Part shown: positions 1 through 13,623 of the stretch, in pieces
Layout of the letters: each line of letters starts with the position of its first letter
Numbering within the stretch: position 1 is the first letter of the stretch
NCBI RefSeq assembly: GCF_000150275.1
Contig: NW_002060943.1
Location: forward strand, 6,316,299 to 6,380,298
Origin: Trichoplax adhaerens
Lineage: Eukaryota > Animalia > Placozoa
Length of the DNA: 64,000 nt
Direction: 5' to 3'
Made by a program: the position numbers and the translations under genes
Notes under the pieces: model-generated
Seen by the model: only the letters and a program-made list of their open reading frames with translations
Database searches by the model: none
Told to the model about the DNA's origin: nothing

Positions 1-232
1 TTTTTTTCTCCTAAGAGAAATCGAAATTTGAAACACTTCTATTCCATATCCTCCTCAGCTATATTATAGTGTATTATTGTTTGCAGTCTTGCCAAAACCT
101 CAACCACAATAGTCATTACATTCAATATCATCATTACCTGTCTTATAAAATCATGTTTAAATATTCTATCGTTGTAGTATTATTCCGATAGCATTTTGCT
201 AACTCGTGTCCATCATTTCTCTTGACTGTTAG

Positions 233-3200
233 GGGCCATATATGAAAAATAAGAAAGCTGCCAAAATGGAAACGGCTTTCATCGTATGCAAAGAATTATA
301 TAAAATTGGGCAATTTAATGATCATCTTATTCCTGCAAATTATCTCGTAGCAGAGGTATCAAAAGATGATGAAGATATCAATAACGAAAATGAAGACTCT
401 AAAGTCAATATTCTTGAGTATGAACGCCACGTAAGTATAAGTAGATATTGCACTCTTCCTGCTAGATTTTCTTTCCAATCTATTCATGAAAGTGTACTTG
501 GGATATATAAATAGCTGCCAGAAATTTTACAAAATTGCCATCCTCAAGAAAATGAAGCGGTTTCTCTATACCTTTTTTCGCTCCATCCTTCTTATGAAGT
601 ATACGATAAAAGACAATTTGGTATCATCACGTCAAAGCTATTGCCTCAGGTTCGTCTAAATGATTTGTTACAATAATATTTACTTAAAAATTATTACCTA
701 AAGTTCTCAAGACCTTTAAATATTGATCGCAGCTTGAAATACTATGAAACTTTTTAAGATGTACTGTAGAGTTAGCCAATTCAATGGATTATTTACTCTC
801 TATCTCTCAATAAAAAATATATCGCACATAATGATTTGATGCAATTTATGGCTTGTTTACATATCAAAACTACGTACACCGACTATGCTAGCTACCTGAA
901 CAAATCTTAAGACACATAAAATAATTGAAATTTATTATTTAGCCTTCTATTTCATCCATCAGGCCTAGAAATCGAAATTTGACATTAGTGTGAAAATGGA
1001 TAATTTGAATTTTAACTGTGATAAATTGACTATCAAAGTAAATGATGATTGCTATATTGTATATCAACCACCTCAGAATCTACCGGAAGATAGCATATAG
1101 TGTAATTATAAATCCTTAGAGCTGTTCTTAAAGCATTTTCCTTAATTAATGGTTCATTCTAGATATATAAAATTCAATTTTAGCCATGTAAGAAATTTAG
1201 ATCAGGGAAATCATCTTCTAGATTGTTATCTATAAAAATAAAAATGATCGCAATTTTTAATTCATTTCAGCTGCCGTCCTTTTCTCTTTATACACCATAT
1301 GGCGAGACGAAGATATCGATAAGACTTTGTTCTTCGACGAAGTATATTAATCACCAAGACATGCTCAAAATCCATCGATTCAATCGTACTATGGCAAAGT
1401 CTGTCTTTGCTTTCCATAATGACTCCCTTCAATTCGAAGCTAGCAACAGTTATTCTGGATATTTAGTGGTACCGATTAGGAGCGAAACCAGCCCAATTGA
1501 GGATCGATGGTAAGTGTTGCTGAAGTTAGAGAATAATTTAACCCCTTGTTTTCTATTTAAGCTATTCGTTTTTATAATACCATGCCAATAAAAGATCTAA
1601 TGCACCTATTAGCAAATTTAGCTTTTAATTAATTTTACTCTAACTGTAAGTAAAAACGATGATATACGCGTGTAAGCTGTAATGATAGAGAAAATATACC
1701 ATATCTTATATCATGCTTCGAGGAATTATACTTAGTTCCTTCTATGGCAAACTAGATTACTAGGGTATATCGAATTTATTTTTCTAAAATTCTAATAAAT
1801 GTCTAGTTTAGTTTGTAACATCGAACCTAGTGCATAGTTGCTTAAAATATGGTAGAAATTCCTAGTTAAATAAGACTGGTAATCGTTGTCCGGACTCTGT
1901 CTAAGTACGTCAATTAATCAACTCGCAAATAGTTATTTTTTCGCTTAAATTGGCATTATTTTTTGCGCTTAGGGAAGGAGATATTGACTACGACTTTCTC
2001 AGCAGAATCGCAAGTTATAACAAAACTTTTATCCCAATCGATCTTGGGAATTTAGATATACTAAATGATGCGATTATAACTCGAAATTACGGAAATAATC
2101 CAAGTTACTACGAAGTAGCTCAAATTTGTAGACATCGTACACCTGTTGATAACTTGTGGGGAGAATCTAACCTGAATTTCATAACATATTATCAAGAAAA
2201 ATATGGTATCATGATCAAAAATACAACACAACCTTTACTTCGGCCTAAATATTTATCTAAAAAGCGTAACATGTTACGGTCTAATTCAGGGCAAAAGTCT
2301 CAATTTTCTGTAAAATCTTGCAATAAGAGTCAAACGCAATCTGTGGCAGATACTATAACTCATCATTCGAAGGGCAAATCGAAGGTTATCGAATTGATTC
2401 CAGAACTTTGTAAAAGGTCTATTTTTCCGGCTTCAGTTTGGAAAAGCTTAGCTTGTATTCGATCTATTTTATGGCGTATGGAAAGTATGCTTTCGGTAAA
2501 GGAATTTGAGAATAAAATGCAAGAGTCGTGGATAGTCGGTTCGTCACGAAACGAAAGACAGTTACAAAACAATTCCCTAACCATGACTATATTGAAGGCA
2601 TTAACATTAGCCAGGGCAAATGATGATTTTAACCTAGAAACATTGGAATTCCTGGGTGACTCTTACTTAAAATATGCAGTCTCCATCTCCTTCTTCCTGT
2701 CCTATTCTAAATTTCACGAAGGCCAACTCAGCTCACTTAAATCGAAAATTGTCAGTAACGAAAATTTATATCAAATTGGTATAAAAATGGGTTTACCAGG
2801 TTATATTATAGGCCATAATGTGGATCAAAACGATATATGGGTTCCTCCGGGATTTTCCATTGCCAAAAAAAGCGATAGCATTGGACTGGAGGAGCAACTA
2901 TCAACTCTCAATCTTAGTATGACCTCCCGAGTGCATCCAACCCAGAAATTAAAAAATAAATGCATCGCCGATGTTATGGAAGCTTTATTAGGTGGAATTC
3001 TTTTAGAACTTGGAGAGAATTCTGCCAATAACTTTATCACGAATAATTTGGGTATCAAAGTTGGCAGGCTATCTCATAATATTGCGAAACTCGATGATGA
3101 TGCAAGAAAGGAAATCAGCAAAATCTATAACGCACATAACCTAAAAGATTTAGAAGCAGTACTTGGATATAGTTTCAAAGATCGAAAACTATTAATTAGT

Positions 3201-4157
3201 GCTCTAACTCATGCAACTTACAACCATAATCGAATAGCTGAAGGTGTTGAATGCTATCAAAGGTTGGAATTTTTAGGCGATGCAATTTTACAGTATATTG
3301 TAGTGCGACATTGCTATCATGCGAATAACAACTACAAGCCTGCAGATCTACACGATTTTGTAGAGGCATCATTACAGAATGAAAGTCTTGCAGTTATGAC
3401 TATGGTTTATGGCATTCATAAATATTTCTTTTACAATTCACCATCCTTATTTAGCCAAATTAATCAACTTCTACAGATCGTCGATACGGTTAGTCTAAAA
3501 GCTTGTAATACTAGTAATACCTAGTCATTGGCTATTGTGAAGGTTAAACTCTTGTTTTTATTTAGAATGAAGAGTGTGAACAAAGATTATCTACAGAAGA
3601 GAAAGCTTTGGTCTATTCCAACAGTTTAAAAGACGGCGTAATGATTCCTAAACCATTAGGAGACCTGTTTGAATCTTTAATTGGAGCTATTTTTATTGAT
3701 TGTGGGCGATCTATAGAGGTAGTCAATGACCTAGTGCTGAGACTTCTTCAACCGCAACATGGTAAATTTAAATTATAGATAGTCGATGGATTGTAATGGA
3801 TCGAGAGTGTGCCGGTATTTATTAGTTCCATCTTTATGATTTTATCACAGCTATATTTGCACAGGGTGTTCCAAAATCTCCAATTCGAATACTCCATGAG
3901 AAATTTCCATCTGGCCTGCTTTTTAAGTAAATAGATTTTATTTAAAATGACATTAAGTTTAGCTAGGCTATGATGTACTAAGCTTAGATTTCTTTTTACG
4001 GATTAGGAAAGAGAAAACTGAGGATAATTCCTTGAGAAAGTTATCATTGCAAGTGCCAGACGGGAGTTACTTTACCGCAACCGGTATAAATTACAAGCAT
4101 TGCAAGAAAGTATTATGTATGATGGCATTGAGATGTTATGATGAAAACAGCAATTAG
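233..4157 (+). CDS. Dicer: Dicer endoribonuclease, 5'-truncated by the window edge (end of DUF283, platform, PAZ, RNase IIIa, RNase IIIb, dsRBD). Exons: 233-430, 515-649, 1271-1509, 1973-3488, 3566-3761, 3851-3926, 4007-4157
   Basis: GT-AG exons join in frame (2511 nt). Motifs: DUF283 end CKELYKIGQFNDHLIP; platform FGIITSKLLPQLPSFSLYTPYGE; PAZ FITYYQEKYG..QPLL..LIPELC; RNase IIIa ETLEFLGDSYLK and IADVMEALLG; RNase IIIb YQRLEFLGDAIL and PKPLGDLFESLIGAIFID; dsRBD VPKSPIRILHE..ATGINYKHCKK; TAG 4155-4157; AATAAA 4273-4278. Confidence 0.95.
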
Positions 4158-5122
4158 AAATTAGAGTATTTTAGGGTTTAAGTAAGTCACGTATGACGCG
4201 GAATAGAAATCATTGTGTAAAATGTTTAATTTGATACCTGTATGAACGAAGATGGCTATATGTGTAGACGTTAATAAAAAAGACTTTTCAGTTTTTACTC
4301 CATGCAATTAATTATAGATTATAATGCTAAACTGATTGTAGTTATTGAATATTTTTATATATATTATCTGTGGTGTAAGAGTATATTTCACATTTGGGTA
4401 TGAGGGTATTCAAACCATGCATTTATATGGGAAATTAGGATTAACATTAAATAACTAGTTAATATTTGGGCTACTTCTTTCTTCATGTAATGAATCTTTT
4501 ACTGTTCGGGACAACAGTCGTGATGCCGTATCAGTAACATATAACTTAATCAATTTTCATTACTTAATTTCAACATGTCCACCTAGTCAACAATCACGAA
4601 AACATTCACAGTAGAATATTTAATTCATGATCCTTGCCAAACACGAACTGGAACCAGATTAAAGGGTTAAGTAATGGTACAAGAAATATGTTTCATAACA
4701 ACATTAAAAATCATTTTATTAAAAGACTGATTTCAAGTTGTTGCCTGTTAACAAATCGTAAGATCTCAATATGACCAGCTATGATATAAGATTAAACCGA
4801 TTCAAAGCTAAAGTGTGTCACGTCGATGAAAATCTCACAACTTTGACAACATGTAATTTCTAGCATTTTATATTTAAAAGGTATCGTAGTTTCTTAAGCA
4901 AAAATAAATCGTTTTTTCTTACATGACTTCAGAGTAGAATCAGATGGTATATACAGTACTCTATAAAACTGCAAGAAACTAACAGCGTAAGGATCCATTT
5001 AAAGAAATTGCTAACATTTACAAAGCATAACTGACTTCGGGATAAATTAACGGAGAAGAAGCGAACTACATACAAATTAAAATATATTGAGTATATTGTA
5101 ATGTCTTTACTGGCAAAGTAAG

Positions 5123-8100
5123 CTATTGGCGTACATTCCATTTTCTCGGTTTCGGAAGTCTATTCAAATAAGCCCAAATGCGAACAGTGAGCAAAGCAAA
5201 ATTAAATTAATGGGAGTAGCTACTACTTACGGTTGTTCTGGAGAATATAGATAGACTACATCTGTCGATTCATTTGACGTTTGCTCCTTTATTGGTTGTT
5301 CTAAATTAAGATTTACCATATTAGAGTACTTACGAAATAGGGAATAATTATAACGATACTACAGTTTTGATGTCAATAGTAAATTCATACCTTTATTGTA
5401 CAATCTCAATGGAATTTTAGTAGGCATAGGGGATTTATTGGTTGCCATTGACGAAGACATTACTGTTCCGAAACTTACTTGAGAAACTTGTCCTAAGAGA
5501 GGATAATTTAATCAATTAAATTTTGTGGATTGATGTCAACGGCAGGATTAAATAACGCCTAACGATATATTAACTAACCGCATGGTGTACTAATTGCTCT
5601 TTCATTTTCTTTCGGTATGTCTACAGCATCGCTTGAATACTAATGATAATATTACGAGTTAACGTAAAAAATATGATGTAAAGTCCATCACACAATACTG
5701 TAGTCGTTCGTTACCTCTTGTGAACGTCGAGAAGTAACAGGTGTTTTTTGTAATTGATCCGAATTTGTATTATTCATTCTATTAATACATCTGACTCTAG
5801 CCGGAGTAAGAGCAGGCGTATTGAAACTATTATTATGCCGTCGGGCGCTTAATCGTGGGGTAGCATTTATGCTAGTATTTGGATGGTTAGTACGTTCGGG
5901 TGTTGATATGGAAGTATTCTGATAACAAATAATAAATTTAAAAATTTTTAATCGTAACGAGAAACTTCATTTGAAGACTGCTTAAATTGATGAAATATAT
6001 CACTTTTTGATCCTGAAGTACAAAAGACTCTGAAAGTCTTGTATGACTTCGTCTCCGTTCTTTCTCTTCTCTTTCAAATCTGTTCAAGTCGTATGTTAAT
6101 TCTTCGGCAAGTTGCTTATCGGCTACCAATATTTCTAGAGCAGACATTATAGTTTACATTTAATCTCATACAGTGAATATATTGTATTTTACGTGAAAAT
6201 ATTGTTACCGTTGAGTTCATTACGATAATCTTTGGTCAGTTCTTTCAAGTATAGCATCATGTCTCTCAATAACGGGGATCGAATAGTTTCAAGCTAGCAT
6301 TAATAAAAGACTCGTAAGTACTTTAAAATAATATTATCTGTACAGTATTAACTACCTGTTTTTTGACGGCTACAATGATAGGTACAATATTCTCGATCGT
6401 GTTTTTTCTTGTAACCTTTAATGTCCCAAATTAGAGCGATGAGTTAGAATAAAACTTATAGATACTACGGTTAACAATTACTGGTCTGGCATACTTGTGT
6501 TAAAATCTTAGACTTTGCAGTAGCGATTGCAGCGCCAGCTAAATCGCCTTCATCAAGGAGATCATTAACATCATTGTTTTTCATAGACGATAGTTTAATT
6601 TCCTGAACAAACATTGCTAAGTTATATAATGATTAAGTTAATAATAATGAAACAATATAATCGCTCTAACATACCTTGCTTCTCAGAATAGTAAATGTAT
6701 CCTTCAGGACATTAAATGTCATTTCATTCAATTGCATTGTTTCATCAACAAAAGCACCTAGAACCTGTAGCATCATAAGTTGCTTTTAACACCACTACAA
6801 TACGATATACGAATGCTTATTATAAAATCGTGCATGCAAGTTTATTTAATTCTAACGTCGATAATGTTGTAATTGTTGATATGAACCTCTTGGCAAATTT
6901 TCGCATTTAGATGAAATTTTTGTTCATCAGGCATATGGCTTAACAAAAATTCATAAATTCGTTGTCTTCGACTATAGTTGAATAGTGAACACACATACAA
7001 TATCATTACATTCTAAGTCAGGCATTTACGAGGGTATGAAATTACCTTCTTTGAGTACCATTGTCGCCTTTAATGGAGAATAACTTTCTTTCACGCTCTC
7101 TATACTGTATTCTATTGTAATCTAGGGAATGCAGGTCGAAGGTTAGTGATTGGTGTTGTACATGATTACATTTTTGATATAGATCTTGCTGATTGTAATT
7201 ATTAACCTGGATGAGATGCACAGTCATTGAGGCTAAAGATACATTCGATGAAGTTATTCATAAATATCGAAGGATTCCTCGACAATATTAAATTTGATAG
7301 GCAAAATTCAGCTAAAGAATGAAAATATTATCAGTAGCAAGCTAAATAAGCCTTATTGCAAACACTTAAAATTACCAATATTTCTGACATCAGAGTCATG
7401 ATCAACGAGTGCCACAACAATGCAATAGAATGTATTTCCACGCAATTTCAAGAAATCTTCCTATAAAAAATTGATAGAAATTCACTCGAATAAGATAGAC
7501 TTTTACAAGTATGACAAAACTGATAATGTCAGCGGAATAGCTAGTGAAAATGAACCTGTAACAATCGAGTAACTAGAGTAAGTGTCTGCTTTCTTATTAA
7601 CGATTCTGAATCCCTCAGACACGCAAGAATGTTCAATACATAGGCATCAATTAGAGTTGCATATCTAAAAGAAACAAAAACTTCTGCTTAGAGGGCATTT
7701 TTAATAGTCTGACCTCGCTTTAGTAATATTTTCTAGTTTATAATTTATAGTACCGTTTGCAAAGATCGCACATCACCACGATAATGTTGTTTCGTAACGC
7801 TCCGTCCTTTGAAGAATCCAGGCACTGAGCTAGCGTAGAAACGCAATTCTTTGCCAATTCTTCATTTTGTAAACACAATTTACCTGCAGAATGATGAATC
7901 ATTATAGACACTGGTTCAAGATTTTACTCGAATCTGAAATTATCATCATCGTAGACGTACCAAGGGTTATAACGGCATGTGCTCGAAGACAATGCGGTAC
8001 TGAAAATGAATTATCTACATGCAATATACAATTAAATGTGATAATGATATAAATTAATTTTTGATACATAGTATTGTAGTAAAGAAACGAATTACTATAT

Positions 8101-11100
8101 TATAACATTAACCTTGAACAATCTTCTGCAACACAGAAAAGATGGCACTAGGAACGGAGTCAGGTATAACCTACATATGAAGGTATAAATAAATTCTTAG
8201 TTTATGAGGTTACAATAATCTTACATTGTCAGGTAGCGGCTTACCATAGAGATTTCTCCAATTAAAAAGATTCGATTAATAGCATTATCCAGAGCCGATG
8301 CCTCTAGAAATGTTAGTAATTTTTAAAGATAAGGAAGAGAGATACTAAATGCAATATCAATATTAGGATATTTCAATGCTACTTACCTAAGGATCTAGTT
8401 TCAGAAATGCGACATATATGTTTACAGCACTCTTGCATAATGGCTTTACTCCATTGCTTAATTTCAATCTTAGAAATTCCCATTTCGGATTCGCTAAACT
8501 TATGGATTACTGTTATTCCAGCTGATATTAAATTAGGAGTCCAACGGCATTTTTGTAGTTCTCGCTGTAATTTGCTATATACAAGTTGATATTTTTCCAC
8601 GGGTAGACGGTTAGCAACGTTGCTAATCGTTTGCAACACATAGCAATGCAAAATATCGTCCCTACCTGTAAACATTAAAATGTGTTAGCAAGTAAACTCT
8701 TTTTGTGGATATATCAAATCCAATTAAAGGATCATTGGAAATGCAGCATGAGTACGTAAATTTCAACTGGCTAAAGTAACACTAACCAAAAAAGTCATCA
8801 TTATCTAGCCAAAAATCAGCAACCAAGGTTGGATTAAAGCTGGTGATATACGATGCTGTCACTGAAATTAACCACCAAGAAGTTTGTTTGAATTCGTCAA
8901 AATCTTGACGGAATAACCGATTAACATCATTTGCAGATATTTTGCCTCCAATGCACCATTGACTGCAAGCTCTCTCAAAGTAAAATCTATTAGGAAATGA
9001 AAGAGAAAATTATTAACATATGCATTTTATATTCAATTTTACGTAAGCTATTAATAGGCAAAGGTAAAGTGGCACTTGCTTTGCTTCTGCATTATCATGA
9101 TTTGCTATCAATGATAAAAGTTGCCAGCCTAGTTGAGATTCTTCAGGATCTAGTCTAACGATTTTATTCCACGTAAGATCATAGAGTACTTGTAAACATT
9201 TTTCTTGAATGCTACTTTCACGATCGCAAACAAGCGGTAAAATGCCATCCAGCCATAATCTATACAGTATTAAAACATTTTCTAATCAGTTTTATTACAG
9301 AATTCGAAATACTATTTTAATATTGACAACGACGAGTACAATACGTGTATACTACCTTCTGTAAATTTCATTGCCAAGGCATCTTTCGAGAAGACACGTC
9401 GATGATAACATCGCTTGTTTACGCACTGAGACAGATACATCTCGGCAACGATCGCAGATGGTGGAAAAATCCTGCTTGCAATTACAAATAAATCCGTGAT
9501 GTGTTAATATTCTTAATGAACAGATTTGATAGACTCGGAGTAACTACGAATTCTATTACCTCTGACCGCATTGATTGTAAATCAAGGCTCAATAAACTTT
9601 CCAGCGCTTGAATAGCACATTTACGCACTCCTGGCTTCTCATCACCCATTCGCCGTTTGACAACGTCTAGCAAATTTACTTTAGATGTTGGACCTCCAAA
9701 TCGAGCTACAATTAATGAATTCAATTTTTACTGCCTTTAGTACCATATCGAAATACACGATGTAATATCGTATATTAATAACATCGTTCATAAACCGGTA
9801 ATAAAGGCTTAACTTGTACCTGTTGTTCGTTCCGTTACTTCGTGGCTTTCATCCACAATTTTAGTGACAACGGTAATTTTACTAACCGCTGCTTCACATA
9901 TAGCTTCTGAAACAACTCGACACTCTAAACGCGCACAAGCAGCAACAGCAGATAAAGCTTTGGAACGAACTCTTTCATTGAAGTAAAAAGTTAGAAAATA
10001 TAAATTGTTAATGATCAGAGGCAGTAGTATATTCGAATGGAAATGCATCATAAATAATATAATTGCAATTATAAATAATTCTTTATTTACACTTACGATG
10101 ACGCTTTGTCAAGACAGCGGGATATTATTATTCGTAATAATGAACTTGCGGTAAAATCTTGCGGGTTGTCTTGTAGTCCGTCTGAAATATAACGATTTAG
10201 CATGATAAAATGGTATCTAGCTGTAGACAGCCGTGGATATGTTATAGTCTACTATGATCTTACCAACAATAACTGCGAACCGCTCCAGCATACACTGTAT
10301 CAAATCTAAACCAAAGATGCGGTTCGACACCTGAGATTGAAGCAAAAGTTCGATGAACGTTAGAATATGTAACTATTAGTGGCGATAGAAAGGTAGGTCA
10401 CTTGCCTTATGATTTCTACAATATTTTTCTAACCATGCAAGAATTCGAATAAACGTTGCATTACAAAGCTTTCCTATGATACGAACGATCGATGGAGTAA
10501 TTTTTTGTCTGTATTCTGCCTTGTCATGGACTTTCACGCATAAATGTTGAACGAAAATATATACACTGTCTTCAGTGCCTTCATTAGCCTCGTTGATTAA
10601 ATTACTATGGGTAAAAATAAAGAGTTGTGAAGTATAAGTTACGGTGCTAATGGAACTTGTATAAAGTACAGATTTGAAATTATCGTAGAATAGAATTAAT
10701 CAGCACGTCTAAAAGTAATCAAAAGTAATACCAAATGTAGTCAGTTGTATTTTCTTGGATAATTAATAATTCCTTTGGTATGGCAGATTGTCCTGACATG
10801 GCTGCTTTCTTGAGAGTAGTGTCTTCCCTCAAAAGTAAGTTAGGCAAAAGAGACTTCAAGATCTAAACACGATCATGAAATTATAGGATTAGTGTAACAA
10901 TTGCATCAATCATCATTTAAGATTGTCGATAACTTATTTTGGAATGAGTTACCTTATTTATATTTTCTTTGGGATCTCCATGTTGGGGCAAAATTAATCT
11001 ACTTAAGGCCTACAATTTGCAAGTAGATGTGTGTTATCTAGGCATTTTTCACTAATTCCGATAATGGCAGACTTTACCTTAAAAATGAGATTTGTAACAG

Positions 11101-13623
11101 TTTCTGTATGTGGAGAACTGCTTTATTAAAACAGATAAAATAGTCAAATCGTCAGGCAGGACTTTGATAAACTATGAAAGCGTGATGTAATTGATAGGTA
11201 CAGAAATAGTCATCGTTTCAGCTTACTTGTGCAGTATCCAGTCGAACGTTTTAGACATATTACGGTCAGGCAATCGAGTAAGTTCAATTAGTGAATGTAG
11301 AGTACCATTAAAGCATTCTTGAAAATCCTTAAGGGAGACATTAGTTCCAGCTAATGCTTTATCAATGGTCTAGTAATAGTAAATAACAATAAGAGATTGA
11401 GATATTACTACAATCTAGGCGAAAAATAGGCCTTTAATTTTTAACCTGCAACAAAGCAATCATTAGGTCTTGTGAAGAGTAAGAAAAGTGCACTACGGCG
11501 TCAGACTGAGCGTATTCTACATCTTGGCTATTGCTGTCCGTATCCATCAAATCATCATTGCCATCACTAAAGTCTTCATCAATTTTACGCTTTCTGCTTC
11601 CTTTAACTCGAGATTTCTTCTTAGATTTCTTAGCTGTTAGGTTTTTAAGGCCTGTAAGGTAATAATAATTCTATAAGAATAAATTGTGTACATTCTATGC
11701 CTTTATGACGTAGCAACAATAAATATTGCAATCAGTAATTTTATTACCGGGCCAGTATTTGAGCAAATTCATCGCACTTTGTATAAGAGCAGGTTGAAAT
11801 ACTTTGTAAGCTCTACTACCTATAAATATAGGGTATTATTTACTTGTTAAAAATATTCATCCATAGTAATTTAATAATCACTAACTGTCAGGTTGGTAAA
11901 GATAATTGATAATCTCTTGTAATTGTTGTACTGCCCTAAGCTACGAGATTATTGAATAAATCTCTTACAACTCGTAGTAAAATAGGGCATGTAAGGAATA
12001 AACTATAACGCTAAAGCAAGCTGTATGAGATTATAATATATTAATAATTATAATAGTAGGCTTGTGAATGTTGATGGTAACGTACCTAATCAAACTAGAT
12101 TTAGCCATTATTAACAACGAAACGGCTAATAGTAAATTACTTTGCTAAGTAGGTACAAGTAACGCCAGCTTACAGTAAGTGTACTCATTCCATCTCTATC
12201 AATACGTTGTAGCATAAACTATCGAGCAAGGCATGCTATCAAGAAATGACTAAAAATATACATGTAGTCTACCTATTAATTACATTGCGTGTCTATTTAC
12301 GACGATCAACAGTGGTATCTCCATAATGTACTTACCATGAACATTAATCAATGCAGAATAGATATTTGCTGCTAGCACGGCGGCCAAATTGTTCATGTTC
12401 TCAATATTTGTCTATAATTTATAAGACAGCCACTTTTAGAAGTTGATGATAAAATTATAGTAGATTTTTTCAATGATGATAACTCTTTGACGTCAAATCA
12501 ACAGTGTCCGTATTTTCTTTAAGTGGAAGATATGCCGGCTTGTGTAAAGGAATCATAGCGTAGTATCGGCATGTGAAATACGTATATACGCGTACTATAG
12601 TGTTATACAGTGCGCATATTTCTAGCGACGACGTCAGCTACCAGTACAAGTTACAATTCAGATAAGTCATAATCTATTTCAGTAATGCACATTAGTCAAT
12701 AAATATCGCATAACTGAAAAGTATGTGATATCATTTTTTTCGCTGTGATACTCGTCCTTTCATTTACGAACAGAGTACCGCAATGACGATGGAAATTGAA
12801 ATATCCATTCAATAACAATATCATCAAGCCAGCTGAATCATAGAAGGTGATAGCAGCATTAGTGAAGACAAATATGATAATCAACTTTACCTTGGAATGG
12901 AATCTGATGATGGTAGAAAGAAAAGTCAACAGGACTTTAACGGATATTCCACTATTTTTCAACACTATCCAGAAGTCTGTTTCATGTAGTCAGAGGACAA
13001 AATATTACAAATATTGAATTTAGTTTGAAGATGAAATAAAGAAGCTTTCTATGGTTTTTACGTATATTCTCGACGTATACAAGTAAGATAATATATATAT
13101 ATCTATAAGTATACTGTATATTTAGTAGGCCAGTCAGGCAGTATATATTAGTTCTCATTTCTCAAATAACGATAGCATTTGTAGAACGATTTAATTATTA
13201 TCATCAATAAAAGTGTTGATTTAGTGATTGAAAATCTGCGCCTAGACGTATCAATATTATCATTGGTGCAAAGGACACAACATGAAGCAGCTTCCTCATG
13301 ATGGCTTAATACTACTTATCATGTAAGCTTGGAAACTCTATTTTACACTATGCAGCGGTAAATACTCTCAGGCATGTTAACCTACCTATTCGTTCTTTTT
13401 GTCTGTCTTGATCATCGTTAATCCAACGATGGCAGCACTGAAGAAAATTCAACATAGCATTGAGATATGGCTTGACGTCTTGGATTGAAATTTCAGATTC
13501 GTCTCCATCCTCTTCGTAGAAGCCAGCTTGCCAAATCCTCTCTACCATTTCAGTAGTCATAAGAGAAAAAGGTAATTCCGCTAGGCATTCTTCTGTTTGA
13601 GAAACGAGTTCGTTTTCTGACAT
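5123..13623 (-). CDS. NCAPD3: Condensin-2 complex subunit D3 (HEAT-repeat protein), many small exons; not every internal exon boundary was checked
   Basis: Spliced peptides match CAP-D3: DKASSVRSKAL, KRRMGDEKPGVRKCAIQALE, DRCRDVSVSVRKQA, LWLDGILPLVCDRESSIQEKC, LRAHAVITLGKLCL, VRNNIIVVMCDLC, LEILVADKQLAEELTYDL, and C-terminal VYLYSPEQPLPKPRKWNVRQ* (last exon 5159-5123). ATG 13623 follows a splice acceptor at 13633-13632. Confidence 0.92.

Noticed and set aside
4158-5122. Convergent Dicer and NCAPD3 3' ends as a source of autoregulatory dsRNA
   Set aside because: Poly(A) signals at 4273 (+) and 4720-4715 (-) allow non-overlapping UTRs; no evidence of overlap
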